Shown here piece by piece: positions 41,427-55,760 of a stretch of DNA of 64,000 nucleotides. The notes beneath the pieces are model-generated. The model saw only the letters and a list, made by a program, of their open reading frames with translations. It did no database searches and had not been told where the DNA came from. The number at the start of each line of letters is the position of its first letter. Within the stretch, counting starts at the first letter, position 1. Origin of the DNA: Adineta vaga (Eukaryota > Animalia > Rotifera); the NCBI GenBank assembly GCA_021613535.1, contig CP075496.1:5518001-5582000 (forward strand), in the 5' to 3' direction. The position numbers and the translations under genes were made by a program.

Positions 41427-43800
41427 CTGTAAAAAAAACTAGTGCACACAGTTCAAGCAACTGTCAGTACTCGTTATTTTGCATATGTGTGTATATTTTT
41501 TATCTATTGCTCAAAGCTTGCACGAACAAGCAATGCATGTATAATGTTTTCTTTTCTATTTCTTCTACGTTTTTCTTTTGTATCGTCGAAATGATGCTTG
41601 CACGTATACAATCATAGACTTATTTTGCTTGATAGTTTTACTCATCGACGACAGAAAAAAAGACGAATACACACACGCATAAAATGAAGAAATGTGTAGA
41701 GGTAATATATATGAATGTATATATGTATGTAAGTACGTGTATAGGCAAGAAAACTATCCGAAGGATTTTTTTGTTCTTACCTGAGTGTCTACGGCCTTCT
41801 TATCGAAGACGTCTATAGATAAATACTTTTATACAGTACCAAAGTTTGAGGCTGTTCTATCGGCTTGTACAAGTCGTAGGTCGATGGATGACATGATGGC
41901 AACAGTGACTCGATGCCATTTTTGATGAAATAACTTTTTTTCCTCTCTCTTTTTCTCGTATTACGACGCTGCTGCTGCTGCTGACAACAACATACACATA
42001 CATACATGCATGCAAAGGCAATAGCGAGCGCACAAAAAATGAGGTTCTCCTCGTTTTTTTTTCTTCTTTTTCTTCTTTTACTCCGTTCTATTACTTTGTG
42101 TATGATGCCGCCACTGCACTATGAGCCGTTGATGCAGCTGTTTTTTGAAGAACGACAGAACGACAAGGAAGAGAAAGACAGAGAAAAATGCGTTGATTTC
42201 AGCTCTTGTGTCTTTGCCAGCAACAATCTATAGATTTGCTATTTATTATCGACCATTACTCTCTTCTCTGCTCTGTCTATCTCTCTTCCTTTCCTTTTTT
42301 TTTTGTCAACAGCGCTTATATACACACACATACTCTTATTCGCTTATACTTGTCATTGCGCCATGTTTCACGAACGTTGACACACATGTATAAAACGATA
42401 GAATGAATAATAATAGTGGCGCGTCTCTAAACTAATATACAAAGAAAAATTCCAGTATTGCATTAATATATCCTATGGAAAAAGAAGAAGAAGAAAAGAA
42501 GTTGTTATACACAAACTTATAGATATTGAATTTTGATAAAAATCTTTTTGAATTGAAGCAACAGATGTATAACATATGAATGAAGGTCGTCAAATTGTTC
42601 GATAATGTGAGGCGAAAAAAAAAAGATGACGACAACGATGATGATGATGATAGCGACGGGGTTTCGGAGAGAAAACTAATCTCTTGTCAAATATCAACAA
42701 CGACAAGTAGAAGAAAAATCAAAGAAAAAGATGAAGAACAAGCCAGAAAACTGATTAGAGTTGAAACCTCATGCTGGAAAAACGAAGAGAATAATTGAGT
42801 CATCTGAAGACGTACTTGAAGCAATAATCTGTGCGTGTGTGTTATTGACACGCTACTGCCGGAGGTTTGTTTTGTACAGCTCCGATTTCCTTGTATCCCA
42901 TCGTCCTTACGCACATATATATATATATATATACGTATATCTCTATTCTTCAGTCAAGTTTACTATTTGAAATCTACACATATATAATAAATAAAAAAGA
43001 AAAGAAAATTCAAACCTTGTTTGTCTCCTTTGCTCCAAGAATCCATAAAAAAATTGCAAGATGAATAGTTTTTATTCATGACTTTTGATGTATATATGCT
43101 CAATTCAACGTCGGGTTTTATTTATTCTTGTAATGAATTCTACTTTTTATCAAAATAAAGGTCTCTTCTTCGTATTTTACACTGTTCTTTTCTATCTATC
43201 TCATTTTTTTTTATTTTATTTTATCCGCACTACTATCAATAATACAACCAGTACGACTAACTACCGTGAGTGAATATGATTAAAATGATACTGATTCTCT
43301 CTCTGTCTTTCTTTCTGATGTTAGAAATATATTTGCATAAGAAAGAACAAATGAGGGCGCAAGAAAAATTCTTTTTACTAACTCATAAGAATGCACCGAT
43401 ACAGTGGGAAAAGGGAAGAAAATAAAAATGCTTCGACGAGCTTCGTCGGGCTTTTTTACTTGCGTTTTTTTTGAATCTCTCTAGGGATATCAACAATCAA
43501 ACATTGCTATATTTCTCTATTTCTCTTCTTGTTCTTTTTCGTTTCGTAAAGAAAAGAAGAAAGAAAAGAAAATGGTTTTTCAGAATCAATTACATATGCA
43601 TTCTTCTGCGTACGTGTTGTTATGTTACTCGAACCCTCGATAAACGAATCATTTTTCTTTCAATAGTAAGATTCACTTGAACATCATTCTTACCTGTTAG
43701 GAAGACTCTGATCAACGATCCTTGAGTACATACACACACGTACATACACATATATGTGTATATATATATGTGTGTGTATAAATGATGAAGTCTTTGCACC
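41427..43800 (-). other. Probable non-coding/alternative 5' exons of muscleblind
   Basis: Strong minus-strand donors CAG|GTGAGT (~41426), CAG|GTAAG (~41780) and CAG|GTAAGA (~43695) lie upstream of the acceptor at 39312-39313. There is no coding-like ORF in between. Confidence 0.45.
43726..43780. repeat. Alternating purine-pyrimidine (CA/TA/TG) tract, partly self-complementary
   Basis: gtacatacacacacgtacatacacatatatgtgtatatatatatgtgtgtgtata. Confidence 0.75.
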
Positions 43801-44307
43801 TTGTTAACGGCAACCGGTGTTATTACGCAAGTTCAATCATCAAAAAATGATGAGATGATAAGAAACAGAGAGAGAGAAAGAAAAGGAAAAAAAAAGAATT
43901 TTTTCCTGTTGAAATTTCTCTTTTTCATTGTTCGCACGAAATACTAATCAATATAACTGACCTTCATTGTAAAATAAGAGATATAAATGAAGGAAGTAAA
44001 ACGAACAACCTTTTCTAACAGCACGTTCGATCTTCTTGCGCACGCATGCACATCAATTCAGGATATACGCTAAAACACTTTCCACCCAATACCTGATGAG
44101 CGTTTGTATATATTAGTTGGCAAACTTTCTGCTTTCTTGATTCTATTGGAACAAATAATACCGTGAGGAAAAGAAATATCAAAGAATACAATCGCCATAT
44201 GAAGGCAAAAGGAGTTTAGAAAAAAAAACAGATCAGGAAGCTTCGTAAAAAACACACACACACATCAAATATGAGAAAATAATCTGTTTATTATTTGTTC
44301 TGATGTT

Positions 44308-47171
44308 TTAGTTTGATTTTTTCTTATCCGTTTCTTGTGATGGTGGTTCTTGTTTCTTTGAACGTTTTGTACTTGCTCCATTTAATGTTAATGCAAGAAT
44401 AACAGATGTAACTGGCACAATAAAATACCATGTTTTATAGAAGTACCAAACTTTTCGAACTTCCATGAGAACAAAGGGTGTCACAGCAAAATTCAAAGCT
44501 ATCTGTGTACCAAACCATGTAATACATGCATAGATAGCTTTAGTAATAGCATTCGCTTGAAAATATGGACGGATCTGACGACGAATACCACGACCGGCAT
44601 ACGTTTCGAAAGCAGCCAAAATGAAGCAAACATAATAACCTGGATAGAATCCGTGCTAAAAATAAGAAATCAATATTATTTATATGAATATTATTGACGA
44701 CTGAAATAATATTATTGCATGTAAAGTCTTTTTTTAAGGACAAATAAAGAATTTTGTTTGAAGAAACACAAAAATTCCTCAGGGAAAGCATCCATTTAAT
44801 TATCATTATAAAAAGAAAACTGAAAATTCAACTGAATAGCTGGTTCCATAATACAAAACAGCTATTCTTCATTGAATTTATTTGACTTATTTAATACATT
44901 TACATTAATCTATATAGAATTACTTTTGAGAATTGATATTTTTGATATACTCTCTGAAGAATCATACTACACTTATATAAAAAGAATTAAAACAACGTTA
45001 GATGTATTATTAATCGATAATTTCAATATTAGTATTGAAAGTATATAATCCTAGAGGTTTTCTACCCGTCTAGGAAGTCGAATTATTGAAGAATCTGAAA
45101 GATAATTCATTCGAAAGTTTTTCATATGTTTTTATTTCACTAATCGGTTTCTTTGACCAATTCGAATTACAAATTCCCTATTCATATCTTTTCTCTGTCA
45201 CGCGATATGAATAAAATGAATACTTTGAAAAAAAAAATGTCATCTCAGTGTTTCCCTATCGGAATATTTAAAGTTCCCAAGAGATGGATATTTATTTTAT
45301 GATTTCTGTTCTGTTGGGATACAACATAAAAACAGTAAATCTAATCTCATACTCATTTCTCACGAGATAACATCTAAACTTCAACTTATATATATTGACA
45401 TAACACTTGACATAAAATTGCATTGACTTTTTTTTTATCTTACCCAAAGTGCAGAAAGAACGAAGACACCTAATGTTCGACCTTTTTCAATTCGATCATA
45501 ACAAATACGACGAAGCCATAACGCGGTTTCTATATTTGAAAATTAATATTCAGACGTACAAGAAGTAAATATGCAATGCTTACGCATATTCCATACGTCT
45601 AAAACAACTTTTAAACTTGTTGCTGTTTCTAATTGGAATGGTTTAATATTTGTTAAAAGATTCCATTTCGGTTGTCCTTTCTCATCGACGCCATTTAATC
45701 CAAGACCACCAGCATTATTAATTGCTTCTGATAGAATGAACGCAAAATAATATCTAAAAATATCATAGATCCATTCGTTCATAAATGATCTAGTCATTTA
45801 AAATGGATTTTGATTTACTTTGCTCGATTACAAAATGTTGAAAATAATAAATATTGTATTCTTTTATAAAGTGGCGAGTTGACGATTTCTGGATTTATGT
45901 TATATTCAATTTTATAAACATTTGTAAAATTCATTAGTATATAACCCCAGAGACCACATTGAGCAAGTTTTGTAAAAACGGGCCAGAATGTTGATGGTTG
46001 AACTGTTTCTGGATGATATTCTTCGGTTGAATCAGATGATTCTGTTTGTCGTCCAGTACTTGTTGGAATGACAAGTAAATTACGTCCTTCAATATAATCC
46101 AGATAGTCTTTATAAAAGCACAATGGTCCAACACAGATGCCATGAAAATAGAAAATATAACTTAAAAATTCAATTGGATGTGGAATATCAAGAATCTTTT
46201 GTTTTTCTTGATCTTCGCTTAATGCAGCACAATCTTTATCTTCATCAGGTCGACGACGTTTAGCACGTTGTTTCGAACGATAACCATCAAAAAATGAAAA
46301 TGCTAATGCTGTTAATTTTTGAGTATTGATCATTAACGGTCCACTTATATCAAGTGTATAATTTCCGTAATCATAGATTAAACGGTGAATATGAACTAGA
46401 GGGAAAATTAAAGAGTTTTTCTCTTCTTTTTCGTTTTATATTTCAACCAATGAAAACTTACTAGCACTCATATATAGCATACAGAAGATGAATACAACTT
46501 TATAAGAATGTTTTGGAGGTATAGTGCAAAGCATTAAATATGAGATGCATGATTGTAAGATTAAATGCCAAATTTGGGAGCCAAAGCAGAATTGTCCAAG
46601 AGCAATGCCGAGGAGGCTCGCTAAAGATATAGAATTTATTTATGGAATATGAATGAATATGTCTACGATTACAAAAATAAGAAATCTGTAAGGCTAACAT
46701 AACTTGATCGTTATGAAATATTAATGTAGATAAAAATGAATGTTTTTTTAATGAATTGATAAGAAGATGACATTGATGATGAACAGATGTAATACTTAGA
46801 ATTCATATAACGAATTATTGTTTTGATCAAAAAAACTGTAAACAGAACTATTGCTGTTTCCGAACTCTATCAAATCGTAACATTACGATAGAGAATCAGT
46901 TGTGTACGAGAATCTTTCCAATCGAATAAAATCGTACAACTTTAATCCGACACAGTTTCGCATATATCTTACCGATTAGATGTCTTTTTATCAAATTGCT
47001 TGGTTTAGGTGGTACATAACGTCGAAAACAGATTGCAAAAATCAACGCCAATAATTCTGCGAGAATGAAATTGAATTGATCAATTGGTAGACCAGTGCGT
47101 TTAGCCACGAAACTAAATATATGTGATCCACGATAAGTTGATCCAGTCAGATTACTGATAGGTTGATCCAT
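44308..47171 (-). CDS. MBOAT2: Membrane-bound O-acyltransferase (MBOAT1/2, lysophospholipid acyltransferase)
   Basis: YRGS...GLPIDQFNF, DYGNYTLDISGPLMINTQKLTALAF, GICVGP, RAKYYFAF, WNMQTALWLRRICYDR and catalytic SALWHGFYPGYY. The C-terminus KKSN is di-lysine-like. MBOAT1 versus MBOAT2 is not resolvable. Confidence 0.9.
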
Positions 47172-48054
47172 CCTAGATATCTTTGTTGTTTCGTCTAACG
47201 AAACTGAAAACAAATTATTCTAAAATAGGTCAAAACAAAGTATAATTTATAAATATCTTCCCTGTAGAAGCAGCAAGCTATAAAGATAAAATAGCCAGGC
47301 GAAGAAACAATCTTTTTCTAGGGCATTTGATAGAACAAATCGATTAACTGCGAAAGACCGAGCGCAAGAGTAAACTTACACAAATGGCACTGAGTTTACA
47401 TCGAATTTTACATTCATGAGTATCTGAATAGAAAAAAAAATATTCTTGAGCAGCAAGTGAAACCAAATTTTCATTTTCATTCTCCTGAATAAAACACATT
47501 TTTAGTTTCTCGTTTATAATCATCAATAGAAATATACAAATCATCTATTTGACTATATATGCACATTCATTGTGCAATATGTCTAACTTTGATGAGTGAC
47601 GATCATCAGGTGAATAATATTTGCAATAGAATGACTAATATCTGACAGGTATGTTTGACTTCCATGAATCATATATCGTCTCTGAACTTAATTCCATAGA
47701 TTAATCAAAAATACTGATAGAATTTGGAATAATTTTGATACCTTTAACTGTCAACTTATAGGTCTGTTGATTGAGAATGATGGTTCTATTTTAATACGTC
47801 GTATATTTATCGAAAAGGAAAGCTGTATCCTATAGTTTCGACTCTTAATTCTCTTTTCTTTCTAATTAACATATGTGAAACAAAAATGAAAGAAAAACAA
47901 AAACATTTTTAATACCAACAATAGGAAGTCCGTTTATTCTCCTTGTTTAAATACAATAGGAAACAAACCAAAAGAATGTAAAAAAAACCTGGTTACACAC
48001 CCTAACAATACATTTTCCTTTGTTCTTTTCATTTCTTGCGTTCTTTCTTTTTGT

Positions 48055-48351
48055 CTAAGCATGTGCACCACCAGCTGATTGAACTTGTTGAATTAAACTA
48101 ATATTATCACCTTTAAGTAAAATTCTTCCGATTTTTTTTCGTTGATTTTTTTTTAAAAGAACCTCTTCAGCATCATCCAAAACGAGATTCATATATTCAT
48201 CGAAACCAATAATATAACCTTCAATTCGTGTTGTTGCTTGTTCATATAACCAAACTTGAATACGTGATCGATTTTGTAAATATCGAAAGATTAAGTTAAT
48301 GGGTTGAACCATAACTTTTTGAACTTTGGTTTGAGGACCTCGTGATGACAT
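48055..48351 (-). CDS. SNRPE: Small nuclear ribonucleoprotein Sm E
   Basis: [30 protein letters not shown]...[22 protein letters not shown]...[12 protein letters not shown]; the CDS has no intron. Confidence 0.98.
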   Translation of the reverse strand: MSSRGPQTKVQKVMVQPINLIFRYLQNRSRIQVWLYEQATTRIEGYIIGFDEYMNLVLDDAEEVLLKKNQRKKIGRILLKGDNISLIQQVQSAGGAHA

Positions 48352-48654
48352 GATGAAAATGAAATAATCTGAAATAGATTTTCAAATGTACAAATGTTTG
48401 CTTTGAATTAATCAATATATATATATACACGAGTTTTTCTAAGTTGTTTAATCTGTGAAACTGAAAGAAATAACTAGAAAACAATGAAATGCAGGATTAA
48501 TTGTCTAAGAAACAATACATATATATATATATAACAACAAAAACTGAGATCACGAAAAGAAAAATAACTGACTGACAAACATATATCACTGTATGTTGTA
48601 GACAACATTCTATGAGCAAATATTTGATTTAAAAGACTAAGAGAAAGATTGCCA

Positions 48655-51600
48655 TCAACTAGAAACAATAGATGAATGCTGTTGTTGATATTGATTTAAA
48701 CGATATGGTTTGAGAAGATGAAGCATAGAATTGAGCAATTGATTAGTAAATGTATCTGAACGATCCAACAATAAACAATCATTATGTATTTGTTGAATTA
48801 TATCATACAAATTTTCTTCACGAATTATCCGACTATACCGCGCGCCTATGAAAAAAGATCAATGACATCTTTTAAGATCTCTTTTTGTCTTATTAAGACT
48901 ACTTACGATCTGTACTACAAACATGATAGATTGCCCAAATAGCCCATAATTGTACAACTGGTATTTGTGTGCAGTGAAGTAATGGAATAAATGGTTTGAA
49001 GGATCTAAAAGGATAGAGTACTTGTTAAGTTTAGAGAATATACAAAATAGCATGTTAGTAATTAAACCAAAATGCAAACAGTTACACACAAGAATTGAGT
49101 GTCAATTTTTGATTGAAATACGAGTTAAATGAATGGACAATAGTTAAGAAAAACGTTTTTGAGAGAACCTTAAAACTAAACAGTGAGTAATTTTTGGCTC
49201 GATCATTAAATGAACATGTAACTGGTACTAAATTTGGGTAGTGAAGAAATCTGATTAATGTTTTGTTTTGACACAACATACTTGCTAACATTTTTACTAC
49301 ACGAAAAATTGTAAGTACTAAATACGAGGAGCAGTCAATACGAATCGAACACTTTGTTCTAATAAACAAATATTTAAAGATGTAAGTATTAGTAAGATAA
49401 ATATTTAGTATTGATAGTACCATATAGTAATAAAGCATATTCTGATTATACGACTGTGAATGGCCTATTGAAAACTAAGGAGAAAAAGAAAACGAATTGA
49501 ACCAATCTTTTCTTACATATTTCGTAAGTCGAACTGTATTCTAGTAAGAGCGTTAACCTAGCACAACATTCTCAAGACTACTGAATTAGTTCTAAAATAA
49601 ATGGAAATATTCTATCCTTTCTTCTATCAATCAATTCGAAAAGAATAATAAAAAACATCAGAAAAATAGTTGTATTGTTAATCAATCCGCACTTTTTCAA
49701 TATAAAAAATGTCTAGTATCATCTAGGAAATTTTATATTGTTCTCATCTATTTTCTTACCTGTATGTCACCATATTTGTTTCAGGATTTTGCCATTTACA
49801 AATAGTATTTCTCATATCTTGACATAATTCTGTATCTATTTCTTGATTGATTTGTTCATACAAAAGATGAGCAAGAATACCAGCAGCAGAAAAAGCAATA
49901 TCAATGATTCCATCAGTTAAAAATCTTTGCATCAGTGGTATAATATCAATTGAATATAAATAAATTCGTAGATGAGATACTTCGGAAATATTACTTAATA
50001 ATCCAACAATTTTCGTTAATACAATCGTATCAGAGGCAAATAAATGAATTAAACGTTGAAATAATTGTAGGCCCATTGAATGTATAAAATGTTCGCAGAT
50101 AGTGGGATTTTCATCCGTTAAATTCCATAGAAGACTTAAAGAGAAACGTAAAGTATCGTCGCCAATTAATTGAAGATTATTATTTAATTCTTGTTCTGAC
50201 ACATCATCAAGTTGTTGAGGTTGATTCATATGTGTTGTTTGTAAACGATCGATCTGTTGTTCAATCAATTGAATAAGACGTTGTAAATTTGTTACGGAAC
50301 CCAACTGTGTACATTCATCAATAGTTAACTGAAAAAGAACAGAAAAGTAATGAAAATGTAGTTCAAAAGTTGGATAATCAAGTTTTTGTTAAATATATGA
50401 TATCAATACTTCTCTCAACAAAGATCATGATGACATAAAGTCAATATCAATGCATTAAAAATTGCAATCATTCATTTCATTATATGCCAGACATCAAGTG
50501 AATCATGTAACTGAGATATTGTCAAAAACAGAAACTCAACAGACTTTTCAAATAATTCCTAATAGCTAGAAAGAACGAATAATTATATTATCATTTCCTT
50601 ACTCTAGTTGTTAATAAAGCTAATACAGCAACACCAGGTTGTATAATTGCTAAATCTGAATAATTTTGTAGATTATTCATAACTAATGATGCTAATAGAT
50701 AAAAATTAAAAGTTGGTTCATGTAAAATCCTATCACTACATAATGTTAATAAGCAATTTTTTTGTAACTAAAAAATAGAACGAATCAAACATAACTCTTT
50801 TCTTCTTTCAATATAATTTTACTTGTTGTTGATTAGGAAATAATTCCATAACATGTGTTATTGCTTGAACAATTTTACCTAAATATTTCACATTAATCTG
50901 TTCGGTTAATGGTGTCCGTGTTAGATTGTAAATACATGCTGTTGATGCCATTTGAACCGTTTGTAAATTACTATGTATCGACATAGTATAGAGAATCAAT
51001 TTAATAAGAACATTTTGATGTTTTGGTTGGTAGGAACGTGTTAAGAAGAAAATTTGATACAGAATTTTTTGTACAAAACTTGCACGTTCATTATAACGTT
51101 TTAATGATTCAATTAAACATGGTTCATACATATTAAAATCATCTTTTGTTATGATCAATGAAATAATTTCATGTAAATCAAACGTATATTGTCGAGATTT
51201 TGAATAACATGGGTTCGTGATATCAAAGAGATATTTTGGATATTTTTCATTGATGGAAAATAAACCGATAAATTGCAGATTGGAATGCGTAAGTAGAAAA
51301 TTGTAGAGAGATTTCGATAGAAGATTCTGATGACCACTTAAATCGAAATGTTTTAAGTTGCTTAAACAATTTTCTTCTGTTAAAAGTTTATTAATATCGT
51401 ATTCACTATTGGATTGAGGAGAACGACTATTATCAAAACTAATATCAAGATATTCAAGTGATTTTAATTGAGATAAAATTTGATAGATTGTTGGATTTTG
51501 TTGTGAATGTATTGAACAATTGTATAAATTTAACCATTTTAATTTACTTGATAATTTTAATAGAGAAGTAAATGATGATAATAAACAACATAAAGATATA

Positions 51601-53007
51601 TCTAGTGTATCTAATTTTTCGAATGAATCAATTAGAATATCTAGACAATGATTTTTTATGTCAGTATTGCTAAGATTTAATGATGTTAAATTCGTAAATT
51701 TAAGTATAAGACGAAGATTAGTTGGAAGAACATGTACAGATGTAGTCATAATTGGTGGAGAATTCGTCGAACTATAAATAAAATAAAAATAAGAAGAGTT
51801 TTACAATCTTGATCTTTGCAAGACAAAAATCTTGTGATCTCAATAACAACATATTTTCCATCGCGTGATTTACGGTATTTACATTAGAGTACATGGAAAG
51901 AATAGACTGCTGTTCTTCATATATGATTCAATACGGTAAAAGCTAATCAATTGGAAAACCAGATGCATACTGAGAGAACAAGAAAATTTTCTCTAATGTA
52001 TTTTTTATGCTCTGCAAAGCGTCAAAATGGATTACAGTATTAATTAATTCTTAGAATATGCAGTAAATATTTCGAAATCTTTCAAACTTACCATTTTGTG
52101 AGTGGTGACATGTCAACTAATGAATGTTTTCGTGTAACTGTCGAATGATAAGCAGCAAAGAATTTATAATGAGCAATATTGAGAATTTTCAATCGTTGAT
52201 ATGTTAATGGATGTAAACTATTTAAAATTGTATAAAATAATTTTTGATGAGAAAATCCTTCGGATAAAGTTGGTGAACGTTGAAAAAGATATCGATTTAC
52301 TAAAGATATTCTTGGTAAATCGCCTTGTGATTGACAATATAATTGATGTAAAATTAATGGACCATAAATTGTATAAATATCTTCCAATTTCGAAGTTTTC
52401 GATGGACATATATGTTGATAAAATAATTCATTAGTTGAAACATTCGATCGAGAATTATTTGATTCTTTAAAAAGAATTTTTAATTCATTTAAATATGGAT
52501 GTTGATTAAGTATATGGCATTGTAATCGACTTAGATATTTAACATTAAGAATAATTCGTTTCAAACATGTGACATTAGAAGAAAAAAATGTTAAGGTAAA
52601 ATCATTCAATTGATTATGTCTGACTAAATGATGACTAAGACGTTCAGATAATATTGTATTTAAAGGACAAAGTCCAAGAAGAAATTGTTCGAGATATGAT
52701 GAACGACGATGAGATTCTAATTGTGACTAAAACAAAAGAATAGAATCATAACTCATGAAACTGTTCAATGTTGATAGTTTACCTCGTAAACGCTGACATC
52801 TATTGTTTGATCGGTCGATCGTTCTTCATCAGTTCGATAATATTTTCGTTTTCGTTGATCATTTAATGACGATTGATTCTTTTCATCTCGATATATTTTA
52901 TCAACATAGTGTTCAATTTGTTTTTTCCATATTAGTTCATCATATTTGATTAAAGAAACAAATTTATGTAAACAAATTGTACATAATTTATCGGGATTGT
53001 CAACCAT
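48655..53007 (-). CDS. ZYG11: ZYG-11 family CRL2 substrate receptor (LRR + ARM), 7 exons
   Basis: N-terminal PDKLCTICL (BC-box-like) and LRRs. Later motifs are VQMASTACIYNLT, FPNQQQLQKNCLLTLCSDRIL, TLRFSLSLLWNLTDE and MVTYRSFKPFIPLL...QLWAIWAI, which match ZYG11 rather than ZER1. Stop at 48655-48657. Confidence 0.92.
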
Positions 53008-53394
53008 GGAATAATATTTAATTAATTAATTAATTAATACCATTTTGATTTAATTATGGTTTTGGACGGATATATTAGAAAGATTCAATTATAATTACAA
53101 TCTTAAATGAAAACAAAGAAAATAATTTATGTTGATGCTTGTTTTTAAGCGTAATAACGATTAATAGAATAACAATAAAAACAAAACAAATGTGATCGAA
53201 GATAAAGAAGAAGAAAAAAACAAAGAGAAGAATTTTGTTTCCTAGTAAACACGAATCTAGCTCATAAGCAGTAAAAGTTAATGATATTTCACTTTAAATA
53301 AAAAAAACGAAAATAAGCATATTCTAGTGCACTGAACCCATATGAGAACTAAAACAAGATAATTATGTGGTTTTTCATGATGAGAAAACAAATA

Positions 53395-55058
53395 TTAATG
53401 GTCATGACTGTGACCATGACCGCCATCATGATCGTGACTGTGTCCATGACCATCACTATGATCATGTGAATGACCATGTCCATCAGCACCATGATCATGT
53501 GAATGACCATGATGATCATTAGCAAATGGGGATGCACGAGATGGTTGTTGACCAGATGATGTTGGCGGTGGTGGTGGTGGAATAGAGAAAGTATTCAATG
53601 TATTTGGATATGTATTAATGGCGGGATTGAATTGAAATGGTGGTGGTGGTTGTTGTTGTTGTTGTTGTTGTTGAGAATCAGAAAATAACGAGGGAGGAAC
53701 CGGTTGAAAATACTGCTGTTGCGGTTGTTGATACTGCGGCTGTTGATACTGTGGCTGTTGAGAATTGAATGGTGCAAAATTAAATGGAGCCATTGTTGGA
53801 GGAGGCATAACAGAAGAAAATTGATCAGTTGGGCCTAAGTTTGTGGGTTGTTGAGCAGATGGTGGAGGGAGTGTGTTAGGATATTGGGGATTAGTAAATG
53901 TAGGATTGAAAGTACCAGTATTTGAAGGAGCATTGGTTAATGATTGATTTAGTGTCATATCACCAAAATATCTAGACAAAACAAAAATGAGGCGTTCGAT
54001 GACAAATAATCAATATCTATATACTTCGCAAATTGACTTGGATCATTTGTTGTTGACATCATTGGTTGAGCTGCAAAATTTGTTGTTGATGTTGTTGGTT
54101 GAAATGCAACGTTAGGTGATGATAATGTTTCATTCGTTGCAGTTGTATTGGTATTAACTGATGGTGGAACAAACAAATTTGGCATTGTCACTGTTATCGG
54201 TGGCATATTTGCTGGTTGAAGAGTAAAATTCATATTTGCACCTATATTCGTATTCGCTGGTGGTAATGTTGAAAGTAATGATGCTTTATCAAGACCATTA
54301 TTACCATTTGGTATTCCTGAATTAGTTGCTACTTGTGGTTTGTTTGCTGCTGGTGAACTAGCAGTTCGAATAGGTATTCGATGAAGATAACCATAACCAA
54401 TACCACAACCTAAACTACCTTCTCCACCCCAACCAACATTTGGTGTAAGCGTAATTTCACGTGTCATATCACTTTCACTATTATAAACGTAAAGCTTCAG
54501 AGGCTTTCCTTCGTTGCTTTCAATTAAAGTAAATAAATCTTCGGCATCATTTAATAGAGTATCGGCGCCAATCATATAATCTGTATGCGAACGTAAACCT
54601 GCTAGAGCTGCCGGTGAATGAGCTTGAACATCAAGAACATGCCAAACATTTTCATTTGCTTTATCAAAGGTGCAAAAACGAATACTTAAACCAAGTAAAC
54701 CCTATTGAAAAACGAAAAACAAATAATTATTGAAAAGACAATAGAATTCTGCTCTTTTTCTATATAATAAACATACTTGACCACCCCAATTTTCATGAGG
54801 AATTAATGTTAATTGCCGCACAGTTTGTGTTTTACTACTATAAACAAGTAACTCCACTGGTTTACCAACACTTTCTTTTAATACTTCTTTGAATCTATCG
54901 TTATCTGTATCAAGTCTAAAACCATTGATACTAACAATAAAATCAAAATATGCTTCTAAACCAGCTTTATGACCCGGTGAGCCATCTTGTACACGAAGAA
55001 CATGATAACCTTCACTACCACCACCTGGTATTTTTAAATTACTACCACCAAGACCCAT
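53395..55058 (-). CDS. GORASP2: Golgi reassembly-stacking protein (GRASP55/65), 3 exons
   Basis: MG myristoylation start; [32 protein letters not shown]; [14 protein letters not shown]; [20 protein letters not shown]; Pro/Ser/Gln-rich region; His-rich tail. Confidence 0.95.
53398..53514 (-). repeat. Coding tandem repeat, 4x HGHSHDH, at the GRASP C-terminus
   Basis: Translation [39 protein letters not shown]. Confidence 0.9.
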
Positions 55059-55760
55059 GCTAATCGAATGATTAGTAGAATATCAAAAAATGTCTTCGTT
55101 TTTCGTATGAAAGCAACGAAATTTCCTCTTCCTATAGATGAGATGGGATAGGACAGGATAGTAATTGTTGGCCAAGAATGACACAATTCTTGGTTTGTCC
55201 AATTAAATTCGCTATGTGAATCCTTTGTTGTCTCTTCAATTAATATTTTCATTAGAAGTCACTTCAAAAAGAACATTGAAAAAAAAAAAGATTTTTGCAA
55301 TATTTTAATAATTATCAAAGAATGAATTTTGACAATGTTTATGTGATACAGCGACATCTTTCAGTTAATTTTAAACTTGCAATTGTGTTGTTGAATTCTG
55401 CAGATCAAACGAAAAAAGAAGGTGTTTCACTCATATGTTCAGCAATTCATAGACAATCACTACAGATCATTACAAATTATACAAAGACTTGTCCCATAAC
55501 ATAGCGAGCATTAGAAATATGAAGAAGCATTTTAACAGTGTCAACTTTATTTCTATATAGTTCCATTCTCGTTAATACAGACCACATAGACATAGATTGA
55601 ACTTTTACGAAAGAAAAAGAGACAGATGATTATTCGTAAATTGATTACAACAAGTATTTAGACAGCAAAGAAAAGAAATGAAATAAAACGGTGACTAGTT
55701 TGAAAACCACTGATATCATTCATACTGTCGATTGAAAACTACGAATAATTTCAATAAGTA

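Noticed and set aside
43432-43458. CGACGA-gct-TCGTCG stem followed by a T-run, resembling an intrinsic terminator
   Set aside because: The context is eukaryotic, the stem is only 6 bp and there is no upstream prokaryote-like gene.
39900-43700. Many 60-80 aa ORFs upstream of muscleblind
   Set aside because: They are low-complexity F/K/Y-rich translations of microsatellite-rich non-coding DNA.
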